Source of the DNA: an uncultured Clostridia bacterium
GTDB taxonomy: Bacteria > Bacillota > Clostridia > Christensenellales > Borkfalkiaceae
Reading direction: 5' to 3'
Length of the DNA: 36,204 bases
Assembly (NCBI GenBank): GCA_934230055.1
Contig: CAKQEE010000001.1
Coordinates: 1 to 36,204 of the forward strand
Shown here in pieces: positions 33,155 to 36,204 of this stretch. Positions within the stretch are counted from its first letter, which is position 1, and every line of letters starts with the position of its first letter. The position numbers and the translations under genes are program-made. A model generated the notes under the pieces. That model ran no database searches. It was not told where the DNA came from and saw only the letters and a list, made by a program, of their open reading frames with translations.

Positions 33155-34465
33155 ATGAAAGAGATTAACTTAAAAGAGCTTTTTTCACTTGCCGAAAGAC
33201 CTTATAAAGACGGCAAAATCTGGAGCGACGCGTTCTCGTTTGCTCTCAAAAATTTTGACAAAATAGTCATTCCCGAAGGGCGTTATTATATTGATAAATC
33301 GCTTGTAGTTTCTTCTGATACCGAGATAATCGCCGCAGAAAAAGCCGAAATTATCCTCGTAAAGGGAACGAAAACCCTGCTTCTTCGCAACCAAAACGTT
33401 ATAGACGGTTCAAACGAGAAAATTCCGTCGGACGCGCCCGTTGACCTTAATATAAGCGTTTGCGGCGGCGTGTGGGGTGAGGAAAACGAAGAGCGGCTCG
33501 GTTACGGAACTTCCGGCTGCTACGACGAAAAAAATTCTTTTAAGGGCGTTTCGACCTGCTTTTTATTCAGCGGCGTGGAGAACCTCACCTTGAAAAATCT
33601 CGTTTTTCGTTCGACGGCGGGTTTTGCCTGCCAAATCGGCAGGGTGAACGGGTTTTCGATAGAAAATATCAGATTCGAGAAATGTTTCGCGGATGGCTTG
33701 CATATAAATGGCGGCGTTAAAAACGGCTCGGTAAAAAACCTTTCGGGGCATACCGAGGACGACCTTATCGCCCTGAACGCTTACGACTGGGATAATTCCA
33801 CAATAAATTTCGGTTGTATTGAAAATCTGACGATAGACGGCGTAAACAGCGAAAGCGGAGGAAACGCGCATAAATCGTTCAGGATTCAGCCGGGGATTTA
33901 TCCGTATAAAAACGGCGAAAAAGAAGATTGTTACGTCAAAAATCTGACGGTGAAAAACGTGAGCGGCGTGACGACGTTCAAAATGTATCTGCAAACGCCT
34001 GCGTATACCGATTCGCCGGAGAAAAACGTCGGCGTCGGGAGGATAGAAAATGTTCTGTTTGAAAAAGTGACCGCAGATACCTCTTCGCCCGTGGATAAAC
34101 AGCCGAATTACTTGAATGGCGACCCCGTTACGGGAAATTTCGCCACGTTTGAAATCGGTTCAAATGTAAAAAATATGCGGCTTTTTAACGTGAGGGTTAA
34201 GCTTGACAGAAAGAAATACCCGCGCTCGTATCTTATCACCGTCGGACCGAAATCGCAGTATATAAAAGAGAAACGCTTGGAGCTTTTCGATCCGTACGTT
34301 TCCGCCACGGCGGAAAATATAGGCTACGCCGACGTGTTTATTAACGGCAAGCTTATAGAAGATTTATCGCCGTTCGTAAAAGAGGTCGGATTCGATAATT
34401 TATATCCGTCGAAGATGCCTTTCGGCAAAGGCAAAATCATATCGTTTTTTAAGGAGAACAAATAG
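33155..34465 (+). CDS. Cytoplasmic right-handed beta-helix protein (pectate-lyase superfamily fold, GH28-like motifs); putative glycoside hydrolase
   Basis: 436-aa ORF with no signal peptide. The N-terminus resembles Pectate_lyase_3-type proteins (DKIVIPEGRYYIDKSLVV). The motifs FADGLHINGG and GHTEDDLIALNAYD resemble the GH28 NTDG and DD catalytic motifs, and RIQPG resembles RIK. No SD precedes the ATG; the leader is A-rich. Confidence 0.5.
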   Translation: MKEINLKELFSLAERPYKDGKIWSDAFSFALKNFDKIVIPEGRYYIDKSLVVSSDTEIIAAEKAEIILVKGTKTLLLRNQNVIDGSNEKIPSDAPVDLNISVCGGVWGEENEERLGYGTSGCYDEKNSFKGVSTCFLFSGVENLTLKNLVFRSTAGFACQIGRVNGFSIENIRFEKCFADGLHINGGVKNGSVKNLSGHTEDDLIALNAYDWDNSTINFGCIENLTIDGVNSESGGNAHKSFRIQPGIYPYKNGEKEDCYVKNLTVKNVSGVTTFKMYLQTPAYTDSPEKNVGVGRIENVLFEKVTADTSSPVDKQPNYLNGDPVTGNFATFEIGSNVKNMRLFNVRVKLDRKKYPRSYLITVGPKSQYIKEKRLELFDPYVSATAENIGYADVFINGKLIEDLSPFVKEVGFDNLYPSKMPFGKGKIISFFKENK

Positions 34466-34468
34466 AAG

Positions 34469-36204
34469 ATGAAGCAAGGGAGATTTACGATACCCGCGGA
34501 CGCGGCGTTTGCGGAAGAAAGTCTTAAAATAGCAAAGAAATGGGGAGCGGACGCGGTGCGCGACTGCGACGGAACGGCTCTCCCCGATAACCCCGAAAGA
34601 TTCGGAAAGGTATACAACACATATTTCGTAGTCCGCGGGGATAACGACTGGGCGAGAAAACACCCCGAAGAAGCGCAGAGAATATTCTTGCTTTCCGAAA
34701 GAAATTTAGCGACCGAAAATACTCTTAAAATAGAGATAATGAAAGGGTTTTTAGGTGACGAGTTTTCTCCCGATTACACCTATCCCGAACTCTGGCAGGT
34801 GTTCGACAGAACCGAGGGAGAAGAAACGAAAGAATGGAGTTACGACGAGAAAAAAAGAATAGTGACCGTTAAAAACTGCAAACCCTTTCACGAGTATACG
34901 GTGACTTTCCTTGCTCGCGTGACTTGGCACCCCGTGCAGATATATAACTATCTGACCAACGAGTGGACTTGCGAAAAACAATTAACGTACGACCCCGCGT
35001 TTCCTAAAACCAAAGAATATGTCAAGGAATATATGGAGAGTTGGTGTAAGGCTCACCCCGAAACGAGCGTAGTGCGGTTTACCACCTTCCTTTATCAATT
35101 CACCCTTATTTTTAACGAAAAAGGAAAAGAAAAGCAGGTGGAATGGTTCGGGTACGCGCAGACTGCAAACCCCGTACTTATCAAAGACTTTGAAAAAGAA
35201 AGCGGAATAAAGCTCGTTGCGGAAGATTTCGTAGACAGCGGGTATTACAATAACTGCTTCCGTAACCCCACGGAGAAATTCAAGAAGTATATGGATTTCG
35301 TGGAGCGGTTTGTAGCAAAAACCATAAAAGAACTTGTGGATATATGTCATAAATACGGCAAAGAAGCGATGATGTTCCTTGGAGACGACTGGATAGGCAG
35401 CGAGCCTTACGGAGAGCATTTCAAGGAAATGGGTTTAGACGCGGTGGTAGGCTCCGTCGGAGGGGGCGTTACCGTGAGAATGCTGTCGGAGATACCGCAC
35501 GTCAAATACCGCGAAGGGAGGTTCTTACCGTATTTCTTCCCCGATACCTTCTTTGAGGGCAACGAAGAAAACGCCGTTGCGGAGCTTAACAAGAACTGGC
35601 TTACCGCACGCCGCGCGATGATGAGAAAACCGCTCGACAGAATGGGATTCGGGGGGTATCTGTCGCTCGCGGCAAAGTTCCCCTCTTTTATCGACAGAGT
35701 GGAAGAGATAGCGGACGAGTTCAGAACTATCTACGAAGCGATAGATAACAAAAAGCCTTGGTGCAGGCTGAAAGTAGGCTTACTTAACGCGTGGGGTAAA
35801 AAGCGCAGTTGGATGAGCCATATGGTAGCGCACGAGCTGTGGTATCAGCAGATATATTCTTATCAGGGGATATTAGAAGCGATTTCGGGGCTTCCCGTGG
35901 ATATAGAGTTTTTATCTTTCGACGAAGCGAGAAACGGAGTACCGAAGGATATAGACGTGATAATCAACGCGGGCGACGCGTACACCGCGTTTTCCGGCGG
36001 AGAAGAGTGGAAGGACGAAAAACTTCAAACGGCGATAAGAAAATTCGTCTATAACGGCGGAGGGTTTATCGGAGTAGGAGAACCCACGGCTTGCGAAGGG
36101 AACGGAAGATATTTTCAACTTGCGGACGTACTCGGAGTAGACGAAGAGATAGGTTATACATTATCTAACGATAAGTATAATATACAAAAACAAGCGGACG
36201 AGCT
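34469..36204 (+). CDS. Glycoside hydrolase family 112 beta-galactoside phosphorylase (galacto-N-biose/lacto-N-biose phosphorylase or Gal-beta-1,4-L-Rha phosphorylase type), 3' truncated by the window edge
   Basis: Absent from the ORF track because there is no stop in the window. Manual translation from the ATG at 34469 is open for 578 codons to the edge. It reads MKQGRFTIPADAAFAEESLKIAKKWGADAVRDCDGTALP.. and contains VVRFTTFLYQFTLIFNEKGKEK, EAMMFLGDDWIGSEPY, REGRFLPYFFPDTFFEGNEEN, RMGFGGYLSLAAKFPSF and GRYFQLADVLGVDEE. These closely parallel the Bifidobacterium longum lacto-N-biose phosphorylase sequence as I recall it. The start lies 3 nt after the upstream stop. Confidence 0.9.
   Translation, partial: MKQGRFTIPADAAFAEESLKIAKKWGADAVRDCDGTALPDNPERFGKVYNTYFVVRGDNDWARKHPEEAQRIFLLSERNLATENTLKIEIMKGFLGDEFSPDYTYPELWQVFDRTEGEETKEWSYDEKKRIVTVKNCKPFHEYTVTFLARVTWHPVQIYNYLTNEWTCEKQLTYDPAFPKTKEYVKEYMESWCKAHPETSVVRFTTFLYQFTLIFNEKGKEKQVEWFGYAQTANPVLIKDFEKESGIKLVAEDFVDSGYYNNCFRNPTEKFKKYMDFVERFVAKTIKELVDICHKYGKEAMMFLGDDWIGSEPYGEHFKEMGLDAVVGSVGGGVTVRMLSEIPHVKYREGRFLPYFFPDTFFEGNEENAVAELNKNWLTARRAMMRKPLDRMGFGGYLSLAAKFPSFIDRVEEIADEFRTIYEAIDNKKPWCRLKVGLLNAWGKKRSWMSHMVAHELWYQQIYSYQGILEAISGLPVDIEFLSFDEARNGVPKDIDVIINAGDAYTAFSGGEEWKDEKLQTAIRKFVYNGGGFIGVGEPTACEGNGRYFQLADVLGVDEEIGYTLSNDKYNIQKQADE

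Noticed and set aside
1-36204. Mobile elements, prophage, defence islands, tRNA/rRNA genes
   Set aside because: No ORF shows transposase, integrase, recombinase, phage structural, restriction, Cas, toxin-antitoxin or nucleotide-signalling signatures. No tRNA-like T-loop/acceptor pattern or rRNA-like sequence was seen in the few non-coding stretches.

Overview
This is a 36.2-kb chromosomal segment with Gram-positive (Firmicutes/Clostridia-like) hallmarks. It has AGGAG-type Shine-Dalgarno sites, eight lipobox lipoproteins, CUT1-type sugar ABC importer genes and no outer-membrane components. I support 20 protein-coding genes. Two are cut by the window edges, and those two plus a 42-codon sORF are missing from the ORF track; I found them by manual translation.

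Layout:
- (i) 1-2641 (-): an orphan solute-binding lipoprotein followed by a membrane sensor.
- (ii) 3153-13253 (+): four genes for very large secreted or anchored repeat proteins (beta-helix-like, divergent InlB B-repeats, Ig-like domains, LRR_5).
- (iii) 13254-14139: an 886-nt non-coding gap with three strong stem-loops and an AT-rich half.
- (iv) A GH78 alpha-L-rhamnosidase convergent with an AraC regulator. The regulator's near-consensus promoter predicts a leaderless mRNA.
- (v) 17408-33080 (+): a 15.7-kb co-directional array. An ABC importer (large SBP plus two permeases, no ATPase) is followed, across 10-74 nt gaps, by six secreted proteins and one sORF. Two of the six are paralogous ~1000-aa BspA-type LRR proteins built from a repeated Cys/His-knuckle plus LRR module.
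- (vi) A cytoplasmic beta-helix protein translationally coupled to a GH112 beta-galactoside phosphorylase (3' truncated).

I see no rRNA, tRNA, CRISPR array, transposase, integrase or recognisable defence or secretion-machine genes. The most unusual content is the surface-protein machinery wired to the sugar importer, the knuckle-LRR module, the leader-like sORF, and recombination-prone near-identical intragenic repeats. All family calls come from reading motifs in the translations, not from database searches.
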